A DNA stretch of 64,000 bases from Auanema rhodensis (GCA_964057225.1 OZ059895.1:12338001-12402000); one strand, 5' to 3'; shown: positions 12,575 to 25,072, numbered from the stretch's first letter. Notes: generated by a model not told the origin, from the letters alone. Program-made: numbers and translations.

Positions 12575-15500
12575 ATGGCTGCTAACAGGTTGTGTTTTTT
12601 CCTATCTTTTTTTTTTATTAAAATATTTATTTTCAGTTATAAGCGTGTATGTGAAGAGTTGGGGTTCGATTATGAGGAAATTTATCAACTCAGGTAATTT
12701 AACAATATTTTTAAAATATACATCTTTGTTTTTTTTTAGTAAGCGCATAAAACTTACCGAGAGTGGTGGTGTTGAGCTGTGTGACCCCGCAATAACCACT
12801 TCCAATAGTGGTCCCTCGTCATCAAGGGTTATTGAAGTTATCACCTTGGATGACAGCGATAATGAGTAAGCTATCATATAATGAAAAAGCATGAAATTTT
12901 TTTTTTTTCAGAGAATGGAATCCCGAGATGCCATCAACTAGTGGAGAACAATTAGGAGGCGGTTCATCCTTCAACGATGTTTGTCAAATAAAGGTACGAG
13001 CTTTTAACCTTTTTTTTTTTCACATGTTACAATTCTTTTCACTCTATATCTTTTATTTGATTACATATCTTGAGCAATTTTGAATTCTGCCATCTATTTT
13101 TAAACAAATCATCATACATTTGGTGGCTTTTTGAAAAATAAAATAAAATCTTATCCCAAATCCATGCCATAATATCATTTATTAAATTTTTTTTCATTAA
13201 AATACACTTAAATTTAAATATTTTGATGCTCAAAAACTGACACATTTAAATATTTTGTATTTTTTAAATCATTTCACTCCATCTCTTTTATTTAATTTCA
13301 TATTTTAAACAATTTTAAATTTTTACCACTACTTTATAATTTTTATTTATTAAACTTTTTAATCATTAAATTACACTTAAATTTAAATATTTTGATGCGC
13401 AAAAACAGAAACATTTAAATATTTTGTTTTTTCTAAACCATTTCACTCCATCTATTTTAAACAATTTTATATTTCTACCACTATTTCATAATTTCATTTT
13501 TTAAATTTTTAATCATTAAAAAAAACATTTAAATTTCAATATTGTGATGCTCAAAAACTGAAACATGAAATTGATTTATATTTTCTAAGCCATTTCACTT
13601 CATCTCTTTTATTTAATCACATATCTTGAACAAATTTAAATTTCTATCACTTTTTCATAATTTCGTTTATTAAATTTTTAATCACTAAAAAACATTTAAA
13701 TTTCAATATTGTGATGCTCAAAAACTGAAACATTTAAATATTTTGTATTTTCTAAACCATTTCACTTCATCTCTTTTATTTATATATATTTTAAACAATT
13801 TTATAATTCTACTATTATTTAATTTTTATTTATTAAATTTTTAAACATTAAAAAAAAAATGATGCTCAAAAACTGAAACATTTAAATATTTTGTATTTTT
13901 CTAATCGTTTTGAAACAAACTAAACATATATTTGAAAACATTTCAATTAAATAAAAAATAACGACTATAACAAACAAAGAGACATAATAATTTTAAGCAA
14001 AAGATGAAACAATTCATATATATTCTTAAAACTATTTTTATTTAAACTTTTAAAAATAAAAATAAAAAAAAAACATGTAAACTGTTATAAATGTTGTTTA
14101 TTATAGTGGTCACACCGGCGCATAAAACGCACCGGTCGTTTTACCAACGTGGTCGTTCGATCGCTCACGTTCCCACACTTGGAAAATGTTGATGAACCAA
14201 TGCATGTTATCATGCCGCGGTTATTCAACGAATTCCTTGATCGTTGTCTTGCTGAAAGCGGTGTGCCTGATAAGCAAAAAGCCTTATTTTGTTTATCAAT
14301 TGAGCACCCTTCCTTTGAAAAGGGCTTCATATTTATGGACTTTCGTAGAAGGGAGCATCTGGATGGCGTAGCCATTATGAATGCTATCAGCAAGGTGCAG
14401 CAATCAAAACGAGAGGCTGTGATCAGCCAGGCAATGAATATTGAGATGTATGTGTTTGATGAAAGGCCAGCGCAGCCAAGCCTGATGCCTGGTGAAGGTA
14501 GAGTCGGGTTTTATTTTGACCCCGAACTCGAAATACCTGGAACCATTGCCAACACTGACTCACATTGTCTGGCTAGATCAGCAGTTGTGGGAATGTGGAA
14601 AGCTGACGAGCTGGCCACTGAAGATGGCGATGAGAAGCGAAGGCTGCAAAACCTTCGTCGCAATTACATCTTATTGCCAAATCAGCCACACCATATCAAT
14701 TTATTAAATAGGTGTGGTATTTCTGTAGATTTACCAAATTATAATTTAATTCATTTAAACATTATTGCCAGCTGTAATACAAACTATAAGTTTGTAGTAT
14801 ATGCTAGACCGCCTGGACAGCGTATGTACACTATCCAGAAAATATTTAATGAAGCGGCTAGCAAATTGGTAACACTAGGTTACCGAAATAATCACTATGA
14901 TTGTATTACAGCTGGTAGTCGTTCGAAAATTTTTGATGGTATTATATGTCAACACTGTAAGTTATCTTACAATACAGTGTTGCATAGATGTAAAGCCAAA
15001 TGTAAAAAATGCCACACCTATAATTGTAATGCGATGGGGAATGTGGTTGAGAGTAGCGTGAGGTGTGATAGTTGTAGAGTTTTGTTTAAAACTCAACAAT
15101 GCTTCGATAGGCATTTGCGAAAAGCCTGCCGAAAATTCAAGGTATTTTGTGAAAATTTAAAGTTGTACATAACAAGCTTAAATTCAGACATGTGTGGCGT
15201 GTGATCACTATCACATGGTCCGTGCTGATAGACCACACAATTGCAATGAAAAATTCTGCAAAAAGTGCGGTCAGACAAAGCCTGAAGAGCACTCTTGTTG
15301 TTGGGTTCCACCTAACGACAAGAAGAAGGCTCAGCTAAAAAAGAAGCAAGAAAAGTTCAAGGTTTGTATTTAACATCTTTACAAGTGTAATGCTTACTTG
15401 TTTAAGATTATATTTTATGACTTTGAAACAGTTGTGTTAAAAAACGGCACAAATGTTCATGAATATGCAGATGAACAATGGCCCAATATGGTTGTGTATA

Positions 15501-18339
15501 ACAAATTTTGTGAAAGTTGTATAGATGCCAATTCCTGTGAGAAATGCACAACCAAGGAGGGCCATTTTGGGTACCAACAAGGTAATAGTGAATGGTCTGT
15601 AACAGATCGTTTCCTTGATTGGTTACTCAACTTTTCTGAGAATGATAATGCAATTTTGATTGCGCACAACGGGTCGCGCTTTGACATACATTTCTTGGTG
15701 TCTAGGCTGATAAACCGTGGAATATATCCTGACCCCATTTTAAATGGGACCAAGATTATTAGCATGGTTGTCAAGCCATTAAGAGGTCAAAACATTAACC
15801 ATTTATGTTTTAAAGATAGTTATTTACTAGTGCCTTTACCCTTATCAGCGTTACCCAAGGCATTTGGTGTACCTGATATGAGTAAAGGACAATTTCCATA
15901 CCTCTTTAACCACCCAATAAATTATGGCAAAGTGCTACCATCCTTGCCGCCAAAGCATTACTATTGTACTGCTAGAATGAAAGCCGAAGACCTAGCTTCA
16001 TTCAATGTTTGGTATGAGGAGCGTAATCAAAGTGTGTTTGATTTTGATGAGGAGCTTCTGGAATATTGTAGGACAGATGTCCGTATTTTAACCAACTGTA
16101 TGAAAGTGTACATGAAGTTAGCCACCGCCACCACTGGCTGGAATCCTGTCATACAATGTATGACATTTGCCAGTTTCTCTTTATTCCAGGCAAGTTTTTT
16201 AAAATACAAGCATTTTCAAAACTAGTATATTACAGTTGAAAATGAACCACATTAAAGAGAACCAAGTGGGTATTCTGCCTGAGACTGGTTATTATGCCGG
16301 CCAGAAGCAGAGTATAATTGCCATAAAATACATAAAATGGCTAGAACACGGATTAGGCCGCCCATTAATGCATAAGCTTAATGGTGGTGAATTTGTTGTG
16401 AGAGTAGATGGCCAACGCTATCTACTTGATGCTTATGACAGTGTGGCTAATCACGGCTATGAGGTGAGTAATTTGTAATAAATGTAAAAAATGAAAAATT
16501 TTGTAGTTTAATGGCTGTATTTATCATGGTTGCCCCCAGTGCACCAACAAGACTGCTATTGCACCAGGCAGAAATGGTGAAACAATGGAAGAGGTAACCA
16601 ATACTTTTTTAAATCATTTTAAGCTGAAACATTTAGGTTTATGAAAAAACCATGAAAAGGCTTGAGGCTATTCAAAGCCAGGGCATTAGTGTAACCACTG
16701 TGTGGGAACACGAAATTACTGCTCAAATGTCATCAAATGAGCAAATGGCAAATTTTATGAAGGACACTGAGGTTGTAACTCGATTGGCACCTCGAGATGC
16801 CTTCACCGGCGGCCGAACTCAAACATATAAGCTTCTGGCCCAAGCTTCGGATAGATACTCACTAGAGTATGTGGACTTTTGTTCACTTTATCCATATGTA
16901 ACGGCATTTGATGCCTATTACCCTGTGGGTAATCCTAAAGTGATTACTGAGGGCTTTCAGAGTTTTGAGGCATGCTGCCCATACAAGGACCTTGTGAAAT
17001 GTGACGTGCTTGCACCCACAAATTTGTTGTATCCTGTATTAGGAACACGCATAGGCGGTAAATTAATTTTTACAAACTGCCGCACATGTGCAAACAGAGG
17101 CAAAAATGTAACATGCCCGCACCAAGATGATGAAGACGCTCGAAAGCTGCATCTGACTGTAACGCATGTAGAGCTCGAATGTGCCATACAGCGTGGCTAC
17201 AAAGTGCTTCATGTTTATGAGGTTTGGCACTGGGATGAATGGCAGCAAGGAGGCGTATTCAAGGATTTTGTACAAAAGTACATAAAAATTAAGCAAGAGG
17301 CATCGGGCTGGCCTAAGCCAAATATGACAGAGGCTGAAAAGGTATGTGTCATGAAAAGTATGGCATTAAATAGAATTTTACAGCTAAAATATCTCCAAGA
17401 GCACGAGGAGAACACTGGTGTTGCTCTGGAGAGCAACAAAATTGAAAAGAATGCGGCCATGCGTAGCATTGCCAAACTACAGCTGAATAGGTATGTAAAC
17501 TTTTAAAAATAAAAATTTACAACTTTGTTTATAGTGTATGGGGTAAAATGGGTCAAAGACCGGATAAAGCCCAAACCAAGATTATTGGTGTTGAGGATCC
17601 TGAAATTGGTAGGATCATAACTGATCCTGCAAGGGAACTCACGGGCTTCAAAATTGTGGACGATGTGGCGTACTGTACAACAGTGCCAGAGGACTCACAC
17701 TTGGCACCAGCGCCGTTTACAAATGTAGCCATAGCGGCTTATACAACCGCTCATGCAAGGCTACTATTGTATAAGGCAATGGAAAAAATTGGAAAGAACT
17801 TGGTGTATACAGGTAATTTTATACTTTGTATACAATTTAAACGTACATCATTTAGACACCGATTCTCTAATTTATTTAAAATGCCTCAATCAGCCTGATC
17901 CAATTGAGGATATGAAGGGTGAATGGTTAGGTAAACTAACCTCAGAAATACCCGATGGTTGGTCAATGGTGACCAAATTTGTTTCACCAGCTGCAAACGT
18001 TTATAGTTATGAGCTAGTAAATGCAGCTGGTCAGGTCAAGTATATCACCAAGGCAAAGGGAGTGGTAAGTATAAAAATATATCATTGAGAAACTTTTTAA
18101 AATTACAGACGCTGGACCACACGGCAGCCACCGTGGTAAACTATCAAAGTATGGAGCGATTGGTTCGAGGACTCGTGATGGATGGAGAAAAATTGGTTTT
18201 AAAAACCAAAACAACGTTATTAAAGAGGCAGCTTGGTGCCATATCCACGATGGACATGACAAAGAGTACCAAGGTCGTAATGGATAAACTTTGTTATCTA
18301 GACGATTTTAGTACTTTACCCTATGGTTTTTGTGAATAA
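12575..18339 (+). CDS. Protein-primed family B DNA polymerase (pPolB), 14 exons, ~1,370 aa
   Basis: Approximate exons 12575-12588, 12637-12693, 12740-12865, 12912-12993, 14107-15141, 15188-15361, 15407-16189, 16236-16463, 16507-16593, 16637-17341, 17384-17489, 17535-17812, 17856-18064, 18109-18339. Motifs YDFET, HNGSRFD, YCRTDV, VSR-like FNGCIYHGC, DFCSLYP, KLQLNSVWGK, YTDTDS, KAKG, TLPYG; QLGGG adenain-type site near the N-terminus. Confidence 0.9.
13050..13900. repeat. About five degenerate 150-170 bp AT-rich tandem repeats in pPolB intron 4
   Basis: GATGCTCAAAAACTGAAACATTTAAATATTTTG-like core near 13225, 13394, 13546, 13713 and 13861. Confidence 0.75.
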
Positions 18340-19427
18340 TTTTTAATATATTTGAATTTATAAATTTTATTATTGCGTGTATATTTGTATATGGTTGTAT
18401 TTATAGATTTTTATGTATAGTTGTATTAATAAATTTTATTCTTCTCATCAAATGTTTTAAAGAGTTTATTACATACATTACAAACTGGTATCAATATATG
18501 GAGCACGATTGTTGTCAATTGAAAGAATAGAGTCATATTCTGCATAAACAATAGCATATAAACCCTCTTGCGGCGTTTGTTGACCAAATTCCAATTTCAG
18601 GGCCACATTACCTTGTCGTATAACATCAAATAACTCAGACGAGTGTACAGTCGGTGAAATATCAAATACAAAAAATGTGAAGCCGGTTTTATACATTGCT
18701 GGTGTAATACCATTGGATGAACCTGTACGACCAAGGCCCAAACCTTCCAACATGTCAATATATGCTGTGGCATAGGAAGAACGCCATTCTAAATTATAAG
18801 GGCGGGTAGGTGGCTGCATTATCTATATATCTATCCGCATAATAGCCTGATATGGCAAGTTTGCTCTCTTTAACATCGTTGCTATACATTAGAATATTCT
18901 CAATATATGTTTTTTTATTTATTTATTTATTTATTTATTCGTTCTATATCACAGATTCTTGATAATCAAAAGCTTATTGTGAACGTAGGTATACTGCGAA
19001 AAAGCATCTTACAATATGAACTGGGGAAAGTAAATTAAAAATTACAATCAGAAAAATTAGAAAAAGGATGAAAGTGGTAAATAGTTGTATAATAGAATAG
19101 ACTAGAATACAAGAAATATAACATAACGATATTGAAGCATATGAGATTCTATTACTATTTCTCAGCAGTTTGTGAAAACAAAAACAGATTATGTTCAGCA
19201 AAGTTTGATGAACTGACTCTTTAAATATAGCTGATCAGGTGCGGTGGAACTCAGAAATGAGTCAAGCCCGTTCTAATAGCAAAGAGAAAAACTGTTACTC
19301 ATTGCTACGACTGATGTTGATACAGTATAGATGACAGTAGCAGTCTGGCAGAAAAAAAAAGTAAGAAAAGAACCTTGTATGATAATTGAAAAGAAAACGA
19401 TGATACAGATTAAAAAAAAAATAATGG

Positions 19428-22307
19428 TCACGATAAAATATGAGACAAGATATGTTTCCGGAAAGAATGTTTTGTACGAAGGCTGACTATGGCTTCAGGA
19501 AGAGAGTTCCATAGATTTACAGTTCTGTATTCAATTCCATTCCTTGTTTCTGTCCTCCATAGAGTAGGATGAGCTAGATTCCATTGGTGTCTGCGCAGAG
19601 AATTCAGATTCTTGATAATGAAAAAAGATTGTGAGTTTCCTGTGGCTTCTATTGTTATATGAGCAAAATAGAACAATAGATCAGAAAGAACCCTCCTAGT
19701 TATCAGATCTTCAGTTTTAAGATAAGATAGCTGATCTTTGTAAGTTAGGTCAAGACCGGCTCGGCCAAAGATTGCTTTAAAAAACTTTTTCTGAACTTTT
19801 TCTATTCGTTGTTTGCCTGCAATGTTCTGTGGTGACCAGATAACTGATCCATATTCAAGTATGGGTCGGACGTAACAGCTGAAAAGTTTGAACAATAATT
19901 TAGGACATTTAGAGTAGAAACAACGGAGAATAGTTCGGCATTTGACGGCCGCAATACTACAAATTGAATTAATGTGTTTTTCGAAAGACAAGTTATTTTC
20001 CGTCCAAATACCCAGATCTTTGTATGCAGATACTATAGAGAGAGATGAATCGCCAAAAGTGAAATTAGTAATGTTGTGATAATTAGATGATTTGTTAGAG
20101 ACAATCATTACTTTAGATTTTTCGGTGTTGACTTTCATTTTGTTATCATGACACCATTTGTAAAGAGAATTAAGAGCATTTTGAAGGCTCTCAGGGTTAC
20201 AACTATGAAGTTTTAGATCATCAGCATATAAAATGGGATGAACATCGGATGTGAATAAGGAAGTTATGTCGTTTATGTAAAACAGAAACAGTAGAGGGCC
20301 AAGAACCGTTCCTTGAGGAACCCCACATGTAAGACTAACAGGGTCGGATAGACTTTTGTTGATGAGTACAGAGTAAGAACGGTTTTGGATAAAAGATCCA
20401 AGAAAATTAAGAAGAGACCCACGAATTCCAATAGATTTCAATTTTGCAAAGAGAATGGAGTGATCAATGAGATCGAATGCTTTTGAGAAATCAATAAACG
20501 CAACAAAAACTGTATTTTTATCATCAATAAGTGATCTCCATTTGATATGGCTGGAAACAAGGGCTGTTACAGTGCTGCGTTTAGGAAGAAAAGCGTGCTG
20601 AACATTGGAAATGCTGCCCGAGGATACACCAAAATGAAGAAGGGGAGATCGAATAAGTCGTTCAAAGACTTTAGATAAACTTGGGGTTAGTGAGATTGGA
20701 CGGTAATTAGAAGGATCAGAAGGGTTGCCTTTCTTGAAAACCGGACGTATCCAAGCTGTTTTCCAGTCAGGAGGACAAGAAGAAAAAACAAGGAGGTTAT
20801 GAAAAATAAACGAGAGAGGATTGCAGAGGGTGCCTGCACATTGTTTGAGAAAATAGTACGGAATTCCATCCGGAGAAGTAGATGCGCGCGAAGGAAGGTG
20901 AGAAAGAATGTTGAAAACCTTTTCAGGGGAGATGTCGATGAAGTCAATGACTGATGGAGAGTAATTGAGAAGATGAGAGTAAGTGGAAGATGAAGAGGAT
21001 TTGACAGCAAAGACGGAGGAAAAAATTTCAGCTTTGTCTACGTCAGAGAAAACCAAAGTTTCGTTGATTTGTAGAGTAGGGATATCAGAAGAGTCTTTAC
21101 CAAGTCGTTCGCGACAGAATTGAAAAAATGCTTTTGAATTGTTGGTAGAAGCTATGTTGTTTTCATCAATGGCAGATTTGAGTTTGATGAGTTTATCTAA
21201 GGTGACAGATAGCTTTTTGCGAAGAAGCTCATCCTGAGCGAAAAGAGAGTTGCTTAACCGGTTAACACGATTGTTAAGTTTCTGAATGTCACGATCAAGT
21301 TTTTTTCTTTTCTTTGCCTTTTTGAATGGGACACAGCTTTGAATTATTGATTGGACAATTGCAATAAACTTAGAATAGGAAGTTATAGCGTTTAGACCAC
21401 ATAATTCAGTAGCGAAGTCAATGCCAGCTAAAAGGCTATTTATTTTACCATAATCGGCCGAGAAAAAGTTACGACTAGAAAAAGAGGAAGAGAGAGAGGA
21501 GGGCCTGGAAGTAGCAACTTTGTTGATTTGAGCAAATGTGAGAGGATCCAAAATAATGTTGAAGAAAACCGAGTAATGATCAGATTGGCCAAGAGGGCTA
21601 TTGCGAGAAATGTTCTCTACACAGTGAACACTGTTGGTGATAATGTAATCCAAGATGTTTTTACCTCTGGTTGGGAAAGTAACTAATTGACTGGATGAAG
21701 ACTGTTGAAGAAAGTTGAGAATAGATGAAGTAGAGGGGGAACTGCTTGACGAATGGATGAGATCCCAGTCAATGTGAGGGAAATTAAGATCGCCTGTTAA
21801 GAAAAACCTGCGGTTCGAGATAAGAGTTTGAAATTCGGTTAGAAAAAATAGAAAGTCAGAGTGCTGAGATGATGGAGAACGATAGCAGATTGAGAAAACG
21901 ACGTCAGAAGGTATAATGAGAACATTTAGGTATTGAACAGTTGATTGAGAAGGAGAGCATGAGAGAAGACGACTATTAATGTGTTTTGTAATATAGAGGA
22001 GGACTCCTCCTCCTCGAGAAGTTGATCTGTCATCACGGAAAATACAGTAAGAATCTCTCAAAGGAAGGGAGCTAGAGTTGAAATCAGGAAACAGCCAGGT
22101 CTCAGATATAGCAATAATGTCTGGACAGAGAGTCGAATAAACAATTGGTATTAAGTGTAATTTATTGACAATAGATCGTGCGTTATAACAAGAGACTGTA
22201 ATTTTACTACATGCAGCAGTAGAGATTGTTGATTGGAAATTAACGAAAGGATGTTTGGCTGGGCAGATTGGACGGGGAATTAGGCAAAGTAGATGTATTT
22301 CTAACAA
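19428..22307 (-). CDS. LINE ORF2: APE endonuclease plus reverse transcriptase
   Basis: YNARSI, ISETWL, GDLN, LDYI, SDH; YRPISL, FIDFSKAFD, GVPQGTVLGP, YADD; uninterrupted 959 codons (start codon uncertain). Confidence 0.95.
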   Translation of the reverse strand: MLEIHLLCLIPRPICPAKHPFVNFQSTISTAACSKITVSCYNARSIVNKLHLIPIVYSTLCPDIIAISETWLFPDFNSSSLPLRDSYCIFRDDRSTSRGGGVLLYITKHINSRLLSCSPSQSTVQYLNVLIIPSDVVFSICYRSPSSQHSDFLFFLTEFQTLISNRRFFLTGDLNFPHIDWDLIHSSSSSPSTSSILNFLQQSSSSQLVTFPTRGKNILDYIITNSVHCVENISRNSPLGQSDHYSVFFNIILDPLTFAQINKVATSRPSSLSSSFSSRNFFSADYGKINSLLAGIDFATELCGLNAITSYSKFIAIVQSIIQSCVPFKKAKKRKKLDRDIQKLNNRVNRLSNSLFAQDELLRKKLSVTLDKLIKLKSAIDENNIASTNNSKAFFQFCRERLGKDSSDIPTLQINETLVFSDVDKAEIFSSVFAVKSSSSSTYSHLLNYSPSVIDFIDISPEKVFNILSHLPSRASTSPDGIPYYFLKQCAGTLCNPLSFIFHNLLVFSSCPPDWKTAWIRPVFKKGNPSDPSNYRPISLTPSLSKVFERLIRSPLLHFGVSSGSISNVQHAFLPKRSTVTALVSSHIKWRSLIDDKNTVFVAFIDFSKAFDLIDHSILFAKLKSIGIRGSLLNFLGSFIQNRSYSVLINKSLSDPVSLTCGVPQGTVLGPLLFLFYINDITSLFTSDVHPILYADDLKLHSCNPESLQNALNSLYKWCHDNKMKVNTEKSKVMIVSNKSSNYHNITNFTFGDSSLSIVSAYKDLGIWTENNLSFEKHINSICSIAAVKCRTILRCFYSKCPKLLFKLFSCYVRPILEYGSVIWSPQNIAGKQRIEKVQKKFFKAIFGRAGLDLTYKDQLSYLKTEDLITRRVLSDLLFYFAHITIEATGNSQSFFIIKNLNSLRRHQWNLAHPTLWRTETRNGIEYRTVNLWNSLPEAIVSLRTKHSFRKHILSHILS

Positions 22308-23319
22308 TGTTAGCAGTAGGATCTGGAACAGATTTAGCTCGGCGAGAAGGGTTTTTTCTTCTTCTTTGGCTGCTACATCTTTCTTTGTTTATTGGAGCGG
22401 GCTGTCCCTTAGTTATAGGCCGGCCTCTTCTACCAGATTTAGACGGGGGACTAGAATCAAGGTCATGCGTAAAAATAGGCATGTCAGACATTGGAGCAAT
22501 GCATGAATTGGTAGTTTCAGAGTCCATGCCTGTAGGGGAAACAACATATTTAACACTGGATGTGTCTTTTGGGGCAGTGCCTGTGTTGGTGAGTCTACGA
22601 GGTACTTTTATAAGCTTTAGATCTCGAACAAGAAAAATGAATTCAGTGTCGTCAGAGTTTTTGCTTTTGGCTTCGTCACGAAGCCGTTTTTCTAGTTCCA
22701 CCTCAAAGGGTAGATAATCACGACGAACGAATGTTTTGGATAGTGAGTTGGAAATTTTAGGTTTGTGAGATCTTATAGCTGCTATAACAGTATCTCGAAT
22801 ACTGACCGAAGGACACGTTATGATAAGTGGACCAGGGGACCCTGATTTGAGGGTGCAGCGAGTAACGAATATGTGATTGGAATTGAGTAAAGAAATAAGA
22901 CTAGTATCACTGCAGCTATCAAAAACAAGTTTGAGAAGAGAACGGGCATCGCTAGGCAGATCAGGTGACGTGACTGGAACCCGGAACCAGAGAGCTCTCA
23001 AGGAACGGTGAGCAAATTTAGATTCTTCTAACCTAATTTTATTCACTTCAGTTATAACAGTATTTGAACACGGAAGTGTAGGCAATATGCAAGCACTTTC
23101 GTTACCCATGAAAGCAGTGAACTTATTTTCTAAAGCGTTGAGTCTTGAGTTGAACTCAGTTTCAATTACTTTCAAACGAGATTCATGCAATGCGATACAG
23201 TTTTTGATACTATGCAGGTCGCTTTTGATTTCTAGAGAAAAACTTGAGAAAGTGGAATGAAGAGATTCCGTGAGAGATTTCAGAGAAGCAGTAAGAAACT
23301 CGGGAGTGACTGTAGACAT
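22240..23319 (-). CDS. LINE ORF1 (coiled-coil N-terminus, basic C-terminus), 359 aa
   Basis: First ATG (MSTVTPEF) at 23319; the upstream extension is a low-complexity pyrimidine-rich UTR; overlaps the start of ORF2. Confidence 0.8.
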   Translation of the reverse strand: MSTVTPEFLTASLKSLTESLHSTFSSFSLEIKSDLHSIKNCIALHESRLKVIETEFNSRLNALENKFTAFMGNESACILPTLPCSNTVITEVNKIRLEESKFAHRSLRALWFRVPVTSPDLPSDARSLLKLVFDSCSDTSLISLLNSNHIFVTRCTLKSGSPGPLIITCPSVSIRDTVIAAIRSHKPKISNSLSKTFVRRDYLPFEVELEKRLRDEAKSKNSDDTEFIFLVRDLKLIKVPRRLTNTGTAPKDTSSVKYVVSPTGMDSETTNSCIAPMSDMPIFTHDLDSSPPSKSGRRGRPITKGQPAPINKERCSSQRRRKNPSRRAKSVPDPTANIVRNTSTLPNSPSNLPSQTSFR

Positions 23320-24038
23320 AATGACAGAGCGTAAAAAGTAAGGAAAGAAAAAATAAAGATAAAGGAAATGATAAAAAGAAGAAAAATAAAAAGAAGAAAA
23401 AAAGGAAAAAAGAAGATATAGAGAGGATATGAAAAAGAAAAGAAAGAGAAGAGAGAGAAAAATGAAAGAAAAAAAGAAAAAGGAAATAAATGAATACGGA
23501 AAAAAAGAAAAAGAAAAAAGAAGAAAAAAGTACCTTACTAAAACCAATCCGGCGTAAAACAAGAGCAGACTTCGGTTGCGGCGGGGTTGGAGCAGTAGGG
23601 AGACAACCGACCACGAGGAGTCGAAAATGTAGTGTGAGTCGAAAATGTAGTGTGAGTCGAAAATGTAGTGTGAGTTTTGTAGGCATGATTCACGGTAGAG
23701 TCATACACGCTAACATCACCAATTTTTAAATGATACGAGTGTATCAAACTGGCTGCAAATTGTTGGCATGGTGCAAAAACAAGGTTGTCTGGTACTGGAT
23801 CGCCGTTTGTGGTTACAATTTTGAATTTTACATTCAACCAACACCTTCTCAGATTAAGAAATGATTTGGAATTTTGGGCTATAACAAATTCCCATGGTCC
23901 TTGAGGAAGAAAAGTATTTTTTAAAGGAACTTGTACAGTACGAGTGGATTCAACACCTAATGCCGACGCCGGTATGTCACTATAATTAATATTAGGTAAA
24001 AGTGCTTGTGCTGATTTTGAATCTATCAATTTAGCCAT

Positions 24039-24491
24039 TTAAATACGATACGACCGCTCACGAGTTATGCACAGACGCTTATGAGGTTTTGTGGTTTTGC
24101 GTCGTCGCCGCTTGCCCAAACCGGTAAGATCTCGTATAGCCTGCCGGCCGGCTGTTTTAAGAGTTTGCTTGATATTATCACCCTTGAGCACCCCATCAAC
24201 AATTTCATTGCTAGTTTTTAGCAACTGGCCGCCAAGAGGTGAATTTACAACTGGACTATTGCTTACAGCACTGGATAATGCATTCCTTCCAGCATTGATG
24301 AGATTTTGGGCTATAGGTGATTGAATAATGCGTGGTAAAAACGATGCCAATGTTGCCAGTATACCACCCAGGCCATGACCTCTCTGCATAACACGTTGAA
24401 ACATCATTCCACTAAATGGAGCCCCACCCATTTGTTGATTCAAAAGTGTTGTCCATTGAATTGAGTTCAAGTCTAGAAGGAGGTGTGGCAT
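24039..24491 (-). CDS. Maverick small core/PW-like protein
   Basis: QQMGG and QRGHGLGG adenain-type sites, amphipathic helices, Arg/Lys-rich tail; directly upstream of the capsid gene. Confidence 0.75.
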   Translation of the reverse strand: MPHLLLDLNSIQWTTLLNQQMGGAPFSGMMFQRVMQRGHGLGGILATLASFLPRIIQSPIAQNLINAGRNALSSAVSNSPVVNSPLGGQLLKTSNEIVDGVLKGDNIKQTLKTAGRQAIRDLTGLGKRRRRKTTKPHKRLCITRERSYRI

Positions 24492-24541
24492 ATTGAACCG
24501 CACGTGCGCAATACAAAAGTTACACTAGATCATTTTACTAA

Positions 24542-24997
24542 ATGTATTCGTCTGAAATAGCGTCACTATTGCGATCTGTCCGCATCACTCGAAAACTATT
24601 CCTCGGTGTATTTAGCGCCGATACTCTACCCAAAACACGTCGAAAGAACTTTGCACTTGTTGTAAATACTGACACACACGATAAACCGGGCACACATTGG
24701 CAAGTCATCTTTGTACGTAATGATCAAGTCTACTTTTTCTGTAGCTTGGGTTATAAAATGAACAAGTACATTCGTCATTATCTGGCCAAATATAAAAATG
24801 TAAAAGTTAATACTTGCAAACCACAACGCATAATTGAATACACTTGTGGTGGTTATGCAATATTTGTAATACTAATGTTGTCAGCTGGTAATACATTTGA
24901 AAGCATTTGTTCATTTTTTAAACTATTACAAAACGATGATGTTTTTATTAAAGCGTTTATGCATAAAGTATTCGACTATAAATTATCTAGCATATGA
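24542..24997 (+). CDS. Adenain-like cysteine protease
   Basis: FLGVFSAD, VVNTD...GTHW, Q...TCGGY. Confidence 0.9.
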   Translation: MYSSEIASLLRSVRITRKLFLGVFSADTLPKTRRKNFALVVNTDTHDKPGTHWQVIFVRNDQVYFFCSLGYKMNKYIRHYLAKYKNVKVNTCKPQRIIEYTCGGYAIFVILMLSAGNTFESICSFFKLLQNDDVFIKAFMHKVFDYKLSSI

Positions 24998-25072
24998 TCA
25001 ACTTCACCATTAAAACGTCACCTGCTACATTAGGTGGTCAGTTATGAATATTCCCTGTCACTATGAATTATA

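Larger units (their letters stand above)
18914..23673 (-). mobile_element. Full-length CR1/Jockey-group non-LTR retrotransposon inserted in the Maverick capsid gene
   Basis: Two ORFs; (AATA)n 3' tail at ~18914-18940; probable TSD GTTTT (18909-18913 and 23674-23678); three 18-bp repeats at the 5' end. Confidence 0.92.
18478..24038 (-). pseudogene. Maverick major capsid protein (PY), split by the LINE and internally deleted
   Basis: N-terminus 24038-23674 (GPWEFVI...LNLRRCWLNVKFKI...NHAYK) continues at 18909 as TYIENILMYSNDVKESKL. An out-of-frame deletion junction at ~18820 then leads to the C-terminus FFVFDISP...GNVALKLEF...IVYAEYDSILSID. Confidence 0.88.

Noticed and set aside
23210-23729. 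Phe-rich and Lys-rich ORFs, and the N-terminal extension of LINE ORF1
   Set aside because: Low-complexity LINE 5' UTR
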